Source: Actinomycetes bacterium
GTDB lineage: Bacteria > Actinomycetota > Acidimicrobiia > Acidimicrobiales > Bog-793
DNA length: 64,000 bases
Reading direction: 5' to 3'
Assembly (NCBI GenBank): GCA_021796545.1
Contig: JAKABX010000001.1
Location: forward strand, 3,977 to 67,976
Below the pieces are notes generated by a model. That model ran no database searches and was not told the DNA's origin. It saw only the letters and a program-made list of their open reading frames with translations. Positions within the stretch are counted from its first letter, which is position 1. Every line of letters starts with the position of its first letter. The translations under genes and the position numbers were made by a program. This document shows, in pieces, positions 36,144 to 46,404 of the stretch.

Positions 36144-37400
36144 TCAGCGTCCGGAGGTCGCGACCTGCTGGAGCGAGTTGAGCACCGATGCCGGGCTCGT
36201 CCCCGGCGTCATCGCCGTTCCGATCTGGCTCTGGACCGCCGCCTGGATCTGGTTCCACTTCGGATTGGTCAGCGGGTAGAACTTCGCCGAGGGCAGCAGC
36301 GCGATGCCCGTCGCGTCGACCGGGTTGTGCGCCAGCGCCGCGCTCGCCGACGCGGTCGCCGGCAGGAAGCCTTCACGCTGCACGAAGTTCAGGTAGTTCG
36401 ACTTCTGGTAGACGAAGTCGAGGAAGGCCTTGTCGAGCGGCGCGTTGCCCGTCCGCTTAAAGGCCATCAGGACATCCTGCACGCCGAGCGTGAACTTCGG
36501 AATGCTGAGGTTGGCGCGAGGCCACGGCGCCGAGGCCCAGTTGACCTTCGACTTGGCCATGAAGGAGGTCTGGAAGGTACCGAGCGGCATGATCTCGGTC
36601 ATCGCCACCTTGCCGGTCGCGAAGTCCGCCCAGCATCCGCTCGTCCGGTCGGTCGATCCCGGGTTGGGCTCGGTCACCTTGTCGACGTTCGCGAGCTTCG
36701 CGAGGAAGTTGAGCGCCTGGATGTTCTTCGGGCTGTTGATGGTGAACTTCCCCGCCGAGTTCACCCAACCGCCGCCGTTTGACCAGGCCCACAGCGAGAA
36801 CTCGGCCTGGGCCTCCTCCGAGCCGAGCGGCAGGCAGTAGCCGATGTAGCCGGCCTTGGTCGCCTTCTTCGCGTCGGTCACGAACTGTGCCCACGTCTGC
36901 GGCGGCTTCGCGATGCCGGCCTTGGCAAAGGCCGCCTTGTTGTAGCCGAGGCCGCGCACACTGGCGATCCACGGGATGCCGTACTGGACACCGCCGATGC
37001 TGTCGCTCTTCACGAACGACTTGATGAAGTCCGCGCGCACCGCGGGCGAGAGCACGTCCGACGCTGGGAAGAGAAGGCCCGCCTTCGCATAGGTCGCGTA
37101 GTTGTTGAAGTTCAAGATGTCCGGGTACGAGTGCGTCTGGATCATCGTCGGGACCTGCTGGAGCAGCGTGTTCCAGTCGATGACACGCAGATTGACGTGG
37201 ATCTGGGGGTCCTGCTTCTCGAAACGAGAGACGAGGTCCTTCCAGTACGGGGTCGTCTTGCTGCTGTACTGCGCCATCACGACATTGATGCTGCCGCTCG
37301 GCCCCGAGGCCCGTCCGCTGGCGACCGCCGTCCCCGCCGTGGCGAGACCGACGGCGCCGAGCAGGCCGATGCCCGCGGCGATGCGAGGTGCTCTTCTCAC
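36144..37400 (-). CDS. ABC transporter extracellular solute-binding protein (family 1, sugar)
   Basis: GTG 37400 is preceded by aagggagggg. MRRAPRIAAGIGLLGAVGLATAGTAVA is a signal peptide. 418 aa, typical SBP_bac_1 length and composition (NgcE/DasA-like context). Confidence 0.85.
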   Translation of the reverse strand: MRRAPRIAAGIGLLGAVGLATAGTAVASGRASGPSGSINVVMAQYSSKTTPYWKDLVSRFEKQDPQIHVNLRVIDWNTLLQQVPTMIQTHSYPDILNFNNYATYAKAGLLFPASDVLSPAVRADFIKSFVKSDSIGGVQYGIPWIASVRGLGYNKAAFAKAGIAKPPQTWAQFVTDAKKATKAGYIGYCLPLGSEEAQAEFSLWAWSNGGGWVNSAGKFTINSPKNIQALNFLAKLANVDKVTEPNPGSTDRTSGCWADFATGKVAMTEIMPLGTFQTSFMAKSKVNWASAPWPRANLSIPKFTLGVQDVLMAFKRTGNAPLDKAFLDFVYQKSNYLNFVQREGFLPATASASAALAHNPVDATGIALLPSAKFYPLTNPKWNQIQAAVQSQIGTAMTPGTSPASVLNSLQQVATSGR

Positions 37401-37459
37401 GCTTCCCCTCCCTTGTCCCGCGGCGGATGCGGCTCCGAACGGCCGGCCTCGCGCTGCGA

Positions 37460-37475
37460 AGTGGTATGGACCACT
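37460..37475. promoter_or_regulatory. dre-like operator 3, between the divergent SBP and SIS genes
   Basis: AGTGGTATGGACCACT is a perfect 16-nt inverted repeat apart from the two central bases. It lies 60 nt upstream of the SBP start codon. Confidence 0.55.
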
Positions 37476-37639
37476 GATTGCAAGGCTAAGACCGCGCGCC
37501 TACAGTGTCAAGCCGCGTGGAGTTCCCATAGCGAGGCGGCGCTTTGCGCCTTTCGCTGCCGCAAGAGCGCGAGGCCCGACGGACGTGCGGGCGGCCGTGG
37601 CATTGCGGCGCGCCGGATCGAGTGAAGGGATGCCGTCCC

Positions 37640-38521
37640 GTGTCCCATATCGCCGAAGAGATCGCGACCGAGCCTGCCTGTTGGCTGGCCGCTGCCGACC
37701 GCGCGCGCGCCGTCGGCGCGCAGCTGCCCCGGACCGGCGAGCGCGTCGCGGTCGTGGGCTGCGGCACGTCGTACAACGTGGCGTCCTCCTACGCCGTCCT
37801 TCGGGAGGGACGCGGCGGGGGCTTCACCGACGCCTTCCCGGCCTCGGAGGTCCGCTGGCGGCGCGCCTACGACCGCGTGCTGCTCATCTCGCGCTCGGGC
37901 ACCACGAGCGAGGTGCTCGCGGTCGCCCGGAGCCTGCCTGAGGGCACCCCGGCGGTGGCGCTCACCGCTGAGCCCCGGTCGCCACTTGCCGAGGCGGTCG
38001 AGCACACCATCGTCCTCGACTTCGCGCACGAGCGCTCGGTGGTGCAGACCCGCTTCGCCACGAGCGTCCTCGCCCTGCTCCGGGCGCATCTCGGCGAGGA
38101 TCTCGCCGGCGCGGTGGCCGACGGACGGGCGGCACTGGAGGCGCCCCTCGATGAGGACTGGATGCGAGCGCAGCGGTTCACCTTTCTTGGGACCGGCTGG
38201 GTCGTCGGCCTCGCCGGGGAGGCCGCGCTCAAGCTCCGGGAGAGCGCGCTCTGCTGGACGGAGTCCTACCCGGCGATGGAGCTGCGTCACGGGCCGATCA
38301 GCGTGGTCGATGCGGGGACGCTGGTCTGGTCACTTGATCGAGCTCCCGAGGGCCTGGGCGCGGAGGTGACCGCGACGGGGGCGATATTCGTGGACGCCTC
38401 GCTCGATCCGCTCGCCGAGCTGGTCCGGATCCACCGCCTCGCGCTGGCACTCGCCGAGGCGCGGGGGCTTGATCCGGATCACCCCCGGCACCTCAGCTTC
38501 TCGGTCGTCCTCGACGACTGA
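37640..38521 (+). CDS. SIS-domain sugar-phosphate isomerase/deaminase (NagB-II / GlmS-C-like)
   Basis: GTG 37640 is preceded by gaaggga. RVAVVGCGTSYNVASS, LLISRSGTTSEV and a second SIS half FTFLGTGWVVGLAGEAALKLRE. Confidence 0.8.
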   Translation: MSHIAEEIATEPACWLAAADRARAVGAQLPRTGERVAVVGCGTSYNVASSYAVLREGRGGGFTDAFPASEVRWRRAYDRVLLISRSGTTSEVLAVARSLPEGTPAVALTAEPRSPLAEAVEHTIVLDFAHERSVVQTRFATSVLALLRAHLGEDLAGAVADGRAALEAPLDEDWMRAQRFTFLGTGWVVGLAGEAALKLRESALCWTESYPAMELRHGPISVVDAGTLVWSLDRAPEGLGAEVTATGAIFVDASLDPLAELVRIHRLALALAEARGLDPDHPRHLSFSVVLDD

Positions 38522-38541
38522 GGGTACGGATCGACGAGTCG

Positions 38542-39567
38542 GTGGTCGAATCGGCCAAGAAGCCGGGAAGCTGGTCGATCGCGCCACGCAGCGAGCGACC
38601 GCTCGCGGGGAGCGGCGCCGTGGCGGGGATCGACGTGGGCGGCACCTTCACCAAGTCGGTCCTCGTGCTGTCCTCGGGGGAAATCGCCCTGACGCGCCGG
38701 AACGAGACTGCCGGCGCAGGCGGCCCCGCCGCCCACGTCGACCGCATCGGGGCACTCGCCGGTCAGCTGGCGGCCAAGGCCGCGGGCGCCGGGGAGCGGC
38801 TCACTGCCCTCGGGGTCGCGGTCCCCGGGGTCGTCGACGAGGCCGCCGGTGTCGCCCGGTACTCCGCGAATCTCGGCTGGCGGGACCTCGACCTCGGCGG
38901 CGAGCTCTCCGAGCGGCTCGGCATTTCGGTCTCGATCGGCCACGACGTGCGCCTCGGCGCGCTCGGTGAGGGGGTGCTCGGCGCAGCTCGGGGTGTCGCC
39001 GACTTCCTCTACGTGCCGGTCGGCACCGGGGTCGCGGCGGCGGTCGTCCTCGACGGCCACGTGCGCCGCGGTCGGCACGGCACCGCCGGCGAGGTCGGCC
39101 ACGTCGCGCTCGACGAGTCCGGCCCGCCCTGTGGCTGCGGAAGGCGCGGGTGCCTCGAGGCGGTCGCCTCCGCGGCGGCGATCGCCCGCCGCTACGCCGA
39201 GCGCGCCGGCGGCGACGTCGATGCCGCGGCGGTGCTCGCACGCGCGTCGGCGGGCGAGCGCGTCGCGCTCGAGGTCTGGCAGACGGCGGTCGCCGCCCTC
39301 GGCGCCACTCTCGCGCACGCGCAGGCGCTCCTCGACGTCGACCTCATCGTCGTCGGCGGTGGTCTCGCGCACGCCGGCGACGCGCTCCTCTCGCCGCTCG
39401 AGAGCGAGATCGCAGCCCGGCTCGGCTGGTTGCCCCGGCCCCGCCTCGCCGTCGCGGCCCTCGGCGATCAGGCGGCGTGCCTCGGTGCGGCGCTGCGTGC
39501 GCGCGCCGAAGGCCCACCCGAGGCACCCGGCGCCCCGCCGGAGCGCCAGACGGGTGATCCGCGATGA
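38542..39567 (+). CDS. ROK-family sugar kinase (probable N-acetylglucosamine kinase)
   Basis: VAGIDVGGTFTKS, GVAVPGVVD, and the Zn motif GHVALDESGPPCGCGRRGCLEAVAS. The start is 38542 or GTG 38620. Confidence 0.82.
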   Translation: MVESAKKPGSWSIAPRSERPLAGSGAVAGIDVGGTFTKSVLVLSSGEIALTRRNETAGAGGPAAHVDRIGALAGQLAAKAAGAGERLTALGVAVPGVVDEAAGVARYSANLGWRDLDLGGELSERLGISVSIGHDVRLGALGEGVLGAARGVADFLYVPVGTGVAAAVVLDGHVRRGRHGTAGEVGHVALDESGPPCGCGRRGCLEAVASAAAIARRYAERAGGDVDAAAVLARASAGERVALEVWQTAVAALGATLAHAQALLDVDLIVVGGGLAHAGDALLSPLESEIAARLGWLPRPRLAVAALGDQAACLGAALRARAEGPPEAPGAPPERQTGDPR

Positions 39568-40721
39568 CCCGCGTCCGGCGTCTGCTGCGCGGCGCGGTTC
39601 TTGCGCCCGGCGGCCTGCTCGACCCGGGCTGGGTGCGAATCGAGGGCGAGCTGATCGCCGGCCTCGGCGCCGGTGTGCCGGCGCCCGCGCCCGGCGAGCT
39701 GCTGGAGGAGGTGGACGGGCTCGTCCTCCCCGGCCTGGTCGATCTGCACTGCCACGGTGGCGGCGGCGGCTCCTTCTCCGATGCGCAGCCCGACAGCGCG
39801 CGCCGCGCGGCCGAGTTCCACCGCCGCGCCGGCACGACGACGCTGTGGGCGAGCCTGGTCACCGCGCCGGTGGAGGAGCTCGTCGCCTCGCTGGCGATGC
39901 TGCGCGAGCTGGTCGCCGACGGCCTGATCGCCGGCGTCCATCTCGAGGGCCCCTTCCTCTCGGCACGGCGCTGCGGGGCGCAGAATCCCGCCCACCTCCT
40001 CGCCCCGGACCGCCGCGTGCTCGCCCGCCTCCTCGAGGCGGGCGAGGGGACGGTGCGCATGGTGACGCTCGCCCCGGAGCTGCCCGGCGCGCTCGAGCTG
40101 GTCGGCGACGTCGTCGCCGCGGGCGCGCTCGCCGCCGTGGGGCACACCGACGCGACCTACGAGCAGACACGCGCCGCCATCGACGCCGGGGCCTCGGTCG
40201 CCACGCACCTCTACAACGGCATGCGCCCCCTGCACCACCGCGACCCCGGACCCGTCGTCGCGCTCGCGAACGACGCGGGAGTGCGCTGCGAGCTCATCGC
40301 CGACGGCCATCACCTCCATCCGGCGATCCTCGAGGCGACCACGCGCTGTCTCGGAAGCGACCGGACCTTCCTCGTCACCGACGCCATCTCCGCGGCCGGC
40401 ATGCCCGAGGGGCGTTACCGCCTCGGTGGCCTGGACGTCGAGGTCTCCGGCGGAAGCGCCCACCTCGTCGGGGGCGGCTCCCTTGCCGGTAGCACCATCA
40501 CGGCCTTCGACGGCCTCGCCTTCGCCCGCCGTCAGGCGGGGCTCCCCCTCGCGCGGGCCGTCGGGCTCGCGGCGGTGACGCCGGGACGCCTGGCCGGCGG
40601 GCCGCAATCCGGGACGCTCGTGCCCGGAGCGCGCGCCGATCTCGTCGCGTGCAGCCGCGAGCTCGAGCGGCGCGCCGTGATGATCGGCGGCGCCTGGCTC
40701 AACGACCGCGCGCGCGACTGA
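39564..40721 (+). CDS. nagA: N-acetylglucosamine-6-phosphate deacetylase
   Basis: ATGA overlap with the ROK gene. GLVDLHCHGGGGGSF, HLEGPFLS, GHTDATYE and HLYNGM motifs. Confidence 0.92.
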   Translation: MTRVRRLLRGAVLAPGGLLDPGWVRIEGELIAGLGAGVPAPAPGELLEEVDGLVLPGLVDLHCHGGGGGSFSDAQPDSARRAAEFHRRAGTTTLWASLVTAPVEELVASLAMLRELVADGLIAGVHLEGPFLSARRCGAQNPAHLLAPDRRVLARLLEAGEGTVRMVTLAPELPGALELVGDVVAAGALAAVGHTDATYEQTRAAIDAGASVATHLYNGMRPLHHRDPGPVVALANDAGVRCELIADGHHLHPAILEATTRCLGSDRTFLVTDAISAAGMPEGRYRLGGLDVEVSGGSAHLVGGGSLAGSTITAFDGLAFARRQAGLPLARAVGLAAVTPGRLAGGPQSGTLVPGARADLVACSRELERRAVMIGGAWLNDRARD

Positions 40722-40788
40722 GGGGCGCAGGCGCCCGAGCCACCAGCCGGCGCGCCGGGCCCGCGCCGTCACCGGGCGCAGGGACCGG

Positions 40789-41679
40789 TCAGCGCGCCGG
40801 GAGACGGGTGAGGGCGCGGCGCACCGACCCGTCACCGTCGGCCAGAGCGGCGCGCGCCCGGCCCGCACCGACACCGGCGAGGGCCATCACCAGCGCCGTC
40901 GGCACCTCGCCGCTGGCCGCGGCGAGCAGCTCCCGGGCCTCCTCCTCGCCGAGGCCCGCCGCCTCGCGGAGGATGCGCCGCGCCCGTCCCTGCAGCTTCG
41001 CGTTCGTCGGGTCGAGCCCGACCATGAGGTTGCCGTAGGTCCGGCCGAGCCGGATCATGGCCGTCGTCGAGATGGCGTTCAAGACGAGCTTGGTCGCCGT
41101 CCCCGCCTTGAGGCGCGTCGACCCGGCGAGCACCTCCGCTCCGGTGTCCGGCGCGACGTGGACGTCGACCTCGCGTCCGAGCGGGCAGTCAGGCGAGCAG
41201 CTCACGAGAATGGTCGTGACACGGGCGCGCTGTGCCGCCACCAAAGCGCCGCGCACGTAGGGCGTCGCGCCGCTCGCGGATACGCCGAGCGCGACGTCGA
41301 GCGGGCGAAGCACGCCCGCGGCCGCGCGCCCGGCAGCCTCGTCGTCCTCCGCGGCCTCGCGGCCACGGGCGTCGGGGGCGCCGTCGCCGGCGAGGTGGAC
41401 GACGACGGACCCGTCGGAAAGGCCGAAGGTCGGAGCGAGCTCCGACGCGTCGAGTGCGGCGAGGCGGCCCGAGGTGCCCGCACCGAAGCTGTGCAGGCAA
41501 CCGCCGCCACGAAGGCTGGAGACGACGGCCTCGACGGCCCGGGCGATCTGGCCCGCGACCGCCGCGACCGCGTCGGGCACCCGACGCTCCTCGTCGAGCA
41601 GCGCAGCGACGATCGCCTCGGTCGGGCGGAGGTCGAGGTCGCGGGTGCGCTCGTTGACGGACTCGGTCGACCCGGCCAT
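40789..41679 (-). CDS. murQ: N-acetylmuramic acid 6-phosphate etherase
   Basis: 296 aa. TESVNERTRDLDL, FGAGTSGRLAALDASELAPTFG and GSTRLKAGTATKLVLN (SIS/MurQ signature). Confidence 0.9.
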   Translation of the reverse strand: MAGSTESVNERTRDLDLRPTEAIVAALLDEERRVPDAVAAVAGQIARAVEAVVSSLRGGGCLHSFGAGTSGRLAALDASELAPTFGLSDGSVVVHLAGDGAPDARGREAAEDDEAAGRAAAGVLRPLDVALGVSASGATPYVRGALVAAQRARVTTILVSCSPDCPLGREVDVHVAPDTGAEVLAGSTRLKAGTATKLVLNAISTTAMIRLGRTYGNLMVGLDPTNAKLQGRARRILREAAGLGEEEARELLAAASGEVPTALVMALAGVGAGRARAALADGDGSVRRALTRLPAR

Positions 41680-41759
41680 TGCGCGAGATTACGTGAGGTC
41701 CCTCTCTGCGCCGCGCCTCGCAAGGGCCCCAAAGCTGTGGGGCGCAGCCGAGGCCCCCG

Positions 41760-42680
41760 TCAGGCGTGGTACGCGCGGGCGATCTCCGCGCCGAGGCGGA
41801 CGTTGCTGCGCACCGCCGCCAGGTTCGCCTCGAGGGAGGCGCCGCGGGTCGCCCGCACCATCTCTGCGAGCAAAAAGGGTGTGATCTTGGCTCCGGTGAT
41901 CTTCTGGCGGTCCGCTTCGTCCAGCGCGCTGGCAAGCACCTGGTCGTGGACGACGGGGTCGAGCTGCTCGGCCTCACCGACCGGATTGGCGACGACGAGC
42001 GCGCCGCCAAGACCGAGCGCGTCCTGCTGGCGCATGATCGCGGCCACCTGGGCCGGCGTCTCGACCGTCCAGTCGATGTGCTCGCCCGAACGCGTGAGGT
42101 AGAAGCCGGGGAAGTCCCGCGTCCCGTACCCGACCACGGCGACGTTCAGTGTCTCGAGGCGCTGGAGGGTGCCCGGGACGTCCAGGATCGACTTCACCCC
42201 CGCCGAGACGACCGTGATGGTCGTGCGGCTCAGTGCGTCGAGGTCCGCCGACTCGTCGAGGTGCTCGGCGAAGCCGCGGTGCACGCCGCCGAGCCCGCCG
42301 GTGGCAAAGACCCTGATGCCCGCGAGCGCGGCGAGGCTGGCGGTCGCCGAGACCGTCGTCGCGCCGCTCGCGCCCTGGGCCACCGCGAGCGCGAGGTCGC
42401 GGCGCCCGAGCTTGCGTAGCGACAGGTCCTCTGCCACGCGCTCGAGCTCGGCGTCGCCGAGGCCGACCACGCAGGAGCCGTCGAGCACGGCGACCGTCGC
42501 GGGGACCGCGCCGTGGTCGCGCACGATCTTCTCGAGCTCGCGTGCGACCGCGAGGTTCCGTGGCCGCGGAAGGCCGTGGGCGATGATCGTCGACTCGAGC
42601 GCGACGAGGGGACGCCTTGCGGCGCGCGCCTCGGCCACCTCCTCGCCGAGGCGCAACGGGGGCCGTGCGGCGGGACTCAC
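41760..42680 (-). CDS. psuG: pseudouridine-5'-phosphate glycosidase
   Basis: 306 aa. VALESTIIAHGLPRPRN, ATTVSATASLAALAGIRVFATGGLGGVHRG and SADL. GTGA overlap with the upstream mutase stop. Confidence 0.9.
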   Translation of the reverse strand: MSPAARPPLRLGEEVAEARAARRPLVALESTIIAHGLPRPRNLAVARELEKIVRDHGAVPATVAVLDGSCVVGLGDAELERVAEDLSLRKLGRRDLALAVAQGASGATTVSATASLAALAGIRVFATGGLGGVHRGFAEHLDESADLDALSRTTITVVSAGVKSILDVPGTLQRLETLNVAVVGYGTRDFPGFYLTRSGEHIDWTVETPAQVAAIMRQQDALGLGGALVVANPVGEAEQLDPVVHDQVLASALDEADRQKITGAKITPFLLAEMVRATRGASLEANLAAVRSNVRLGAEIARAYHA

Positions 42681-44371
42681 GACGCACTCCGGGCCGCGAC
42701 CGCCGCCTCCCAGGACCGCAGGCGCGTCCGCGCCGCGCTGCGCGCGGCCAAGAGTCCGCCTGGGCCGGGTGGCGGCGTCGTCGCCTCGAAGTAGAACTTG
42801 ACCTTCGCCTCGGTCCCGCTCGGCCGCAGCGTGACGCGGCCGTTCTCGCCGAGCCGCAGCACCAGGGCGTCGGTCGGCGGCAGCTCGCTCCCGCCCGCCC
42901 GCAGGTCACGCACCTCGGTCACGGCGTCACCACCCAGTGCGCTCGGCGGTGCGACGCGCCACGCGTCGAGGATGCCGGCCATCTCGTCGGCCGCGCGCCC
43001 AACCTCGCGCCGCAGCGACAGCTGACTCGTCAGATGGACCCCGAGGCGCGCCTCGAGCGCGTCGAGCCGGTCGAGCAGCGAGGCGCCGGCCGCCTTGGCC
43101 TCTGCCGCCATCTCCGCGGCGACCAGTGCCGCGCTCAGCCCGTCCTTGTCGGCCACGGCGTCACCGATGCAGAAGCCGAGCGCCTCCTCGTAGCCGAAGA
43201 CGAGGCGGTGACCGGGTCGCCGCTGCGCCGCGCGCACGATCCACTTGAATCCGGTCAGCGTCTCGACGTAGGCGACCCCGGCTTCCGCCGCGAGCGCGCC
43301 CAGCAGCGAGGAGCTGACGATCGTCGTCGCGACGAGGCGATCCGGCCCGGAGGTCCGGGCGAGCACGTGCTCGGCGAGCAGGACGCCGAGCTGGTCGCCG
43401 CTCAGAACCACGAGCCCGCCGGTTCTGCCGTCGCGCACGGCGAGCGCGAGGCGGTCGGCGTCAGGGTCGTTGGCGAGCACGATGTCCGCGCCGCGCGCCT
43501 CGCCGAGCGCGAGCGCGAGGTCCAGCGCGCCGGGCTCCTCGGGGTTGGGGAACGCGACAGTCGGGAAGTCGGGATCGGGTGTCGCCTGCGCCGCGACGAC
43601 CGCGGGCGCGGGGAAGCCGGCAGCGGCGAGCAGGCCGGGGAAAACGGCCCCGCCGACGCCGTGCAGCGGGGTGTAGACGACCGACAGGTCGCGCGGCCCC
43701 CCGGGCTGCACCAGCGCGAGGCAGCGGTCGGTGTACGCGCGGATGAGGGCCTGCTCGTCGACCACCTCCACCCCGCACGCCGGCCCCGCCGGGGGCGGTG
43801 CCGCGGCCTCGGCCGCACGCGAGATCGCCTCGTCCTCGGGAGGGATCACCTGCGCGCCGTCCGCCGCGTAGACCTTGTAGCCGTTGTCCTGGGCGGGGTT
43901 GTGGCTCGCGGTCACGACGACGGCGGCCTCGGCGCCGAAGTGGCGGAGCGCGAACGCGCACAGCGGGGTCGGAAGCGCCGTCGCGAGCAGGCGCACGCGC
44001 ACCGAGAGCGCGGCGGCGACCTCGGCGACGTCGGCGGCGAAGGCGGCCGAGCCGTGGCGCGCGTCGTGGCCGACGACAAGCCCCCGGGTCGCGGCTCCGG
44101 GTCCTCGCGCCGCGATGACCCGACACAGACCGGCGGTCGTGCGCCTGACGACCGCGCGGTTCATGCGCGCCGGACCGGCACCGAGCCGGGCGCGCAAGCC
44201 TGCCGTGCCGAAGCGCAGCGGCCGGTCGAAGCGCTCGTGCAGCGCGGCCTCGTCGCCGGCCTCGAGGAGCGCCCCGAGCTCCGCACGGGTCGCAGGGTCG
44301 GGGTCGGCGGCGATCCAGTCCGCGGCGCGACGTCGCAGATCCTCCGCCACGCTCACCGCCGTCCTGCTCAC
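42677..44371 (-). CDS. phosphohexo/phosphopento-mutase (alpha-D-phosphohexomutase family; PmmB-like)
   Basis: GTG 44371 (GTGA overlap with the punA stop). [25 protein letters not shown] (phosphoserine loop) and NDPDADRLA (Mg loop). Position next to punA, as with Mtb pmmB-deoD. Confidence 0.85.
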   Translation of the reverse strand: MSRTAVSVAEDLRRRAADWIAADPDPATRAELGALLEAGDEAALHERFDRPLRFGTAGLRARLGAGPARMNRAVVRRTTAGLCRVIAARGPGAATRGLVVGHDARHGSAAFAADVAEVAAALSVRVRLLATALPTPLCAFALRHFGAEAAVVVTASHNPAQDNGYKVYAADGAQVIPPEDEAISRAAEAAAPPPAGPACGVEVVDEQALIRAYTDRCLALVQPGGPRDLSVVYTPLHGVGGAVFPGLLAAAGFPAPAVVAAQATPDPDFPTVAFPNPEEPGALDLALALGEARGADIVLANDPDADRLALAVRDGRTGGLVVLSGDQLGVLLAEHVLARTSGPDRLVATTIVSSSLLGALAAEAGVAYVETLTGFKWIVRAAQRRPGHRLVFGYEEALGFCIGDAVADKDGLSAALVAAEMAAEAKAAGASLLDRLDALEARLGVHLTSQLSLRREVGRAADEMAGILDAWRVAPPSALGGDAVTEVRDLRAGGSELPPTDALVLRLGENGRVTLRPSGTEAKVKFYFEATTPPPGPGGLLAARSAARTRLRSWEAAVAARSAS

Positions 44372-45207
44372 AGCGCTGGCACGAGCCGCCGGAGCAGGCT
44401 CCCGAGCGCGGGCGCCGCCGCCGCGCCCGCGGCCAGGACCTCCGCGTGGTCGAGGGGCGCCGCCGAGACGCCGGCGGCGAGGTTGGTCACGCACGACAGG
44501 CCGAGCACCTCGGCCCCGAGGTGGTGCGCGGCGATCGCCTCGAGGGCGGTCGACATCCCGACGAGCGAGGCGCCGAACTGGCGCAGCATCGCGACCTCCG
44601 CTGGCGTCTCGTAGTGCGGGCCGGCGAGCGCGGCGTAGACGCCCTCGGTGAGCGACGGCTCGACGCCGCGCGCGAGCCCCCGCAGACGCCGCGAGTAGAG
44701 GTCGGAGAGGTCGACAAAGCGCGACGCATAGCCCTCGGGGGGCGCGTCACCCCCGAGCGGCGAGCGGCCCGTCAGATTGAGGTGATCGCGGATCAGCACC
44801 GCCTGGCCGGGCGCGTACGCCGGGTCGAGCCCGCCCGCCGCATTGGTGAGCACGACGCGCCGCGCCCCGGCGACCACGGCGGCGCGCACCGCATGCACGA
44901 CCTCCTCGATACTCCGGCCCTCGTAGAGGTGGACCCGCCCGAGCGCGACGAGCGTCGGGCGGGCTCCGACCTCGACCAGGAGGAGGCGGTTGCCGTGGCC
45001 GGCGACGCTCGGTGCCGCGAAGCCGGGGAGCGTGGCCGCCTCGACGCTTGCGACCGGCGTCCCGAGCGCGGCGGCCGCTTCGTGCCAGCCCGAGCCCAGG
45101 ACGACGGCGACCTCGGGCGCGCGGCCGAGTTGCGCCACGAGCGCGTCGGCGGCGACCTCAGCGAGGCGGAACGCACCGCCACCTTGCGTCGGGGGCATCG
45201 GCCTCAC
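44368..45207 (-). CDS. punA: purine nucleoside phosphorylase (PunA/trimeric type)
   Basis: [27 protein letters not shown] and [11 protein letters not shown] motifs. The start is GTG 45207 or ATG 45198. Confidence 0.9.
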   Translation of the reverse strand: MRPMPPTQGGGAFRLAEVAADALVAQLGRAPEVAVVLGSGWHEAAAALGTPVASVEAATLPGFAAPSVAGHGNRLLLVEVGARPTLVALGRVHLYEGRSIEEVVHAVRAAVVAGARRVVLTNAAGGLDPAYAPGQAVLIRDHLNLTGRSPLGGDAPPEGYASRFVDLSDLYSRRLRGLARGVEPSLTEGVYAALAGPHYETPAEVAMLRQFGASLVGMSTALEAIAAHHLGAEVLGLSCVTNLAAGVSAAPLDHAEVLAAGAAAAPALGSLLRRLVPAL

Positions 45208-45208
45208 C

Positions 45209-46366
45209 CTACCCGTCGGCCGCCGCCGTCCCCCGAGGGGCCGGCAGGTGCCGCGACACGCGGAAGGCCGACTCGGCCTCGAGGGCCTCGTATCCGGGCT
45301 TGATGACGCCGTTGATGAGCGCCAGGCGGTCGTCGAAGGGGTAGAACGCGCTCTTCATCGCATTGATCGACAGCCAGCGCAGATCGCTCCAGCCCCACCC
45401 GAACGCCTCGGCGCAGCGCGCCATCTCCGAAGAGAGCGTCACCCCGCTCATGAGGCGGTTGTCGGTGTTGATGGTCGTGCGGAAGTTCAGGCGGCGGAAG
45501 AGCGCGATCGGATGCTGGTCGAGACTCGCCGCGACGCCGGTGTGGACGTTCGAGGTCGGGCAGAGCTCGAGGGGGATACGCCGGTCGCGCACGTAGGCGG
45601 CGAGGCGGCCAAGGCTCACCGTGCCGTCCTCGTGCACCGTCACGTCGTCGATCAGGCGAACACCGTGACCGAGGCGCTCCGCGTTGCACCACTGCAGCGC
45701 CTGCCAGATCGAGGGCAGGCCGAACGCCTCACCGGCGTGCAGGGTGGCGTGGAAGTTCTCGCGCTGGACGTGCTGGAAGGCGTCGAGATGGCGGGTCGGA
45801 GGGTAGCCGGCCTCCGGACCGGCGACGTCGAATCCCGCGACCCCGACGTCGCGGTGGCGCACGGCGAGCTCGGCGATCTCGAGCGAGCGCGCGGCGGTCC
45901 GCATCGCCGTGAGCAGCGCCCTGACGACGATAAGTCGGCCCTTGGTCGCCGCCGTGGCCATCCCGTCCGCGAAGCCCGCGAGAACCGCCTCGACGATCTC
46001 GTCGAGATCGAGCCCGCGCTCGGTGTGCAGCTCGGGCGCGAAGCGCACCTCCGCGTAGACGACGCCGTCGGTCGCGAGGTCCTCGACGCACTCGGCGGCC
46101 ACGCGCCGGAGCGCCGTGGTGTGCTGCATCAGCGCGACGGTGTGCGTGAAGCCCTCGAGGTAGCGCACGAGGTCCCGTCGGGGCGTGTCGGCGACGAACC
46201 ACGCGGCGAGCTCGGCGGCGTCGAGGCTCGGCAGCCCCCGATAGCCCTGCTCCACGGCGAGCTCCACGACCGTCTCGGGGCGCAGGCCCCCGTCGAGATG
46301 GTCGTGGAGCAGGACCTTCGGTGCCCGGCGGATCTGATCGAGGCTCGGCGACGCGTCCTGCATCAC
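45209..46366 (-). CDS. add: adenosine deaminase
   Basis: 385 aa. [34 protein letters not shown] and [11 protein letters not shown]. Confidence 0.93.
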   Translation of the reverse strand: MMQDASPSLDQIRRAPKVLLHDHLDGGLRPETVVELAVEQGYRGLPSLDAAELAAWFVADTPRRDLVRYLEGFTHTVALMQHTTALRRVAAECVEDLATDGVVYAEVRFAPELHTERGLDLDEIVEAVLAGFADGMATAATKGRLIVVRALLTAMRTAARSLEIAELAVRHRDVGVAGFDVAGPEAGYPPTRHLDAFQHVQRENFHATLHAGEAFGLPSIWQALQWCNAERLGHGVRLIDDVTVHEDGTVSLGRLAAYVRDRRIPLELCPTSNVHTGVAASLDQHPIALFRRLNFRTTINTDNRLMSGVTLSSEMARCAEAFGWGWSDLRWLSINAMKSAFYPFDDRLALINGVIKPGYEALEAESAFRVSRHLPAPRGTAAADG

Positions 46367-46404
46367 CCTCTCCTACGCGACAAAGACGCGAGGCGCAAGC
46401 AGGT

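Noticed and set aside
40722-40788. The palindrome ccggcgcgccgg between convergent nagA and murQ, as a possible bidirectional terminator.
   Set aside because: It is a 12-bp perfect palindrome with no loop and no flanking U/A tract. Such GC palindromes are frequent by chance in this composition.
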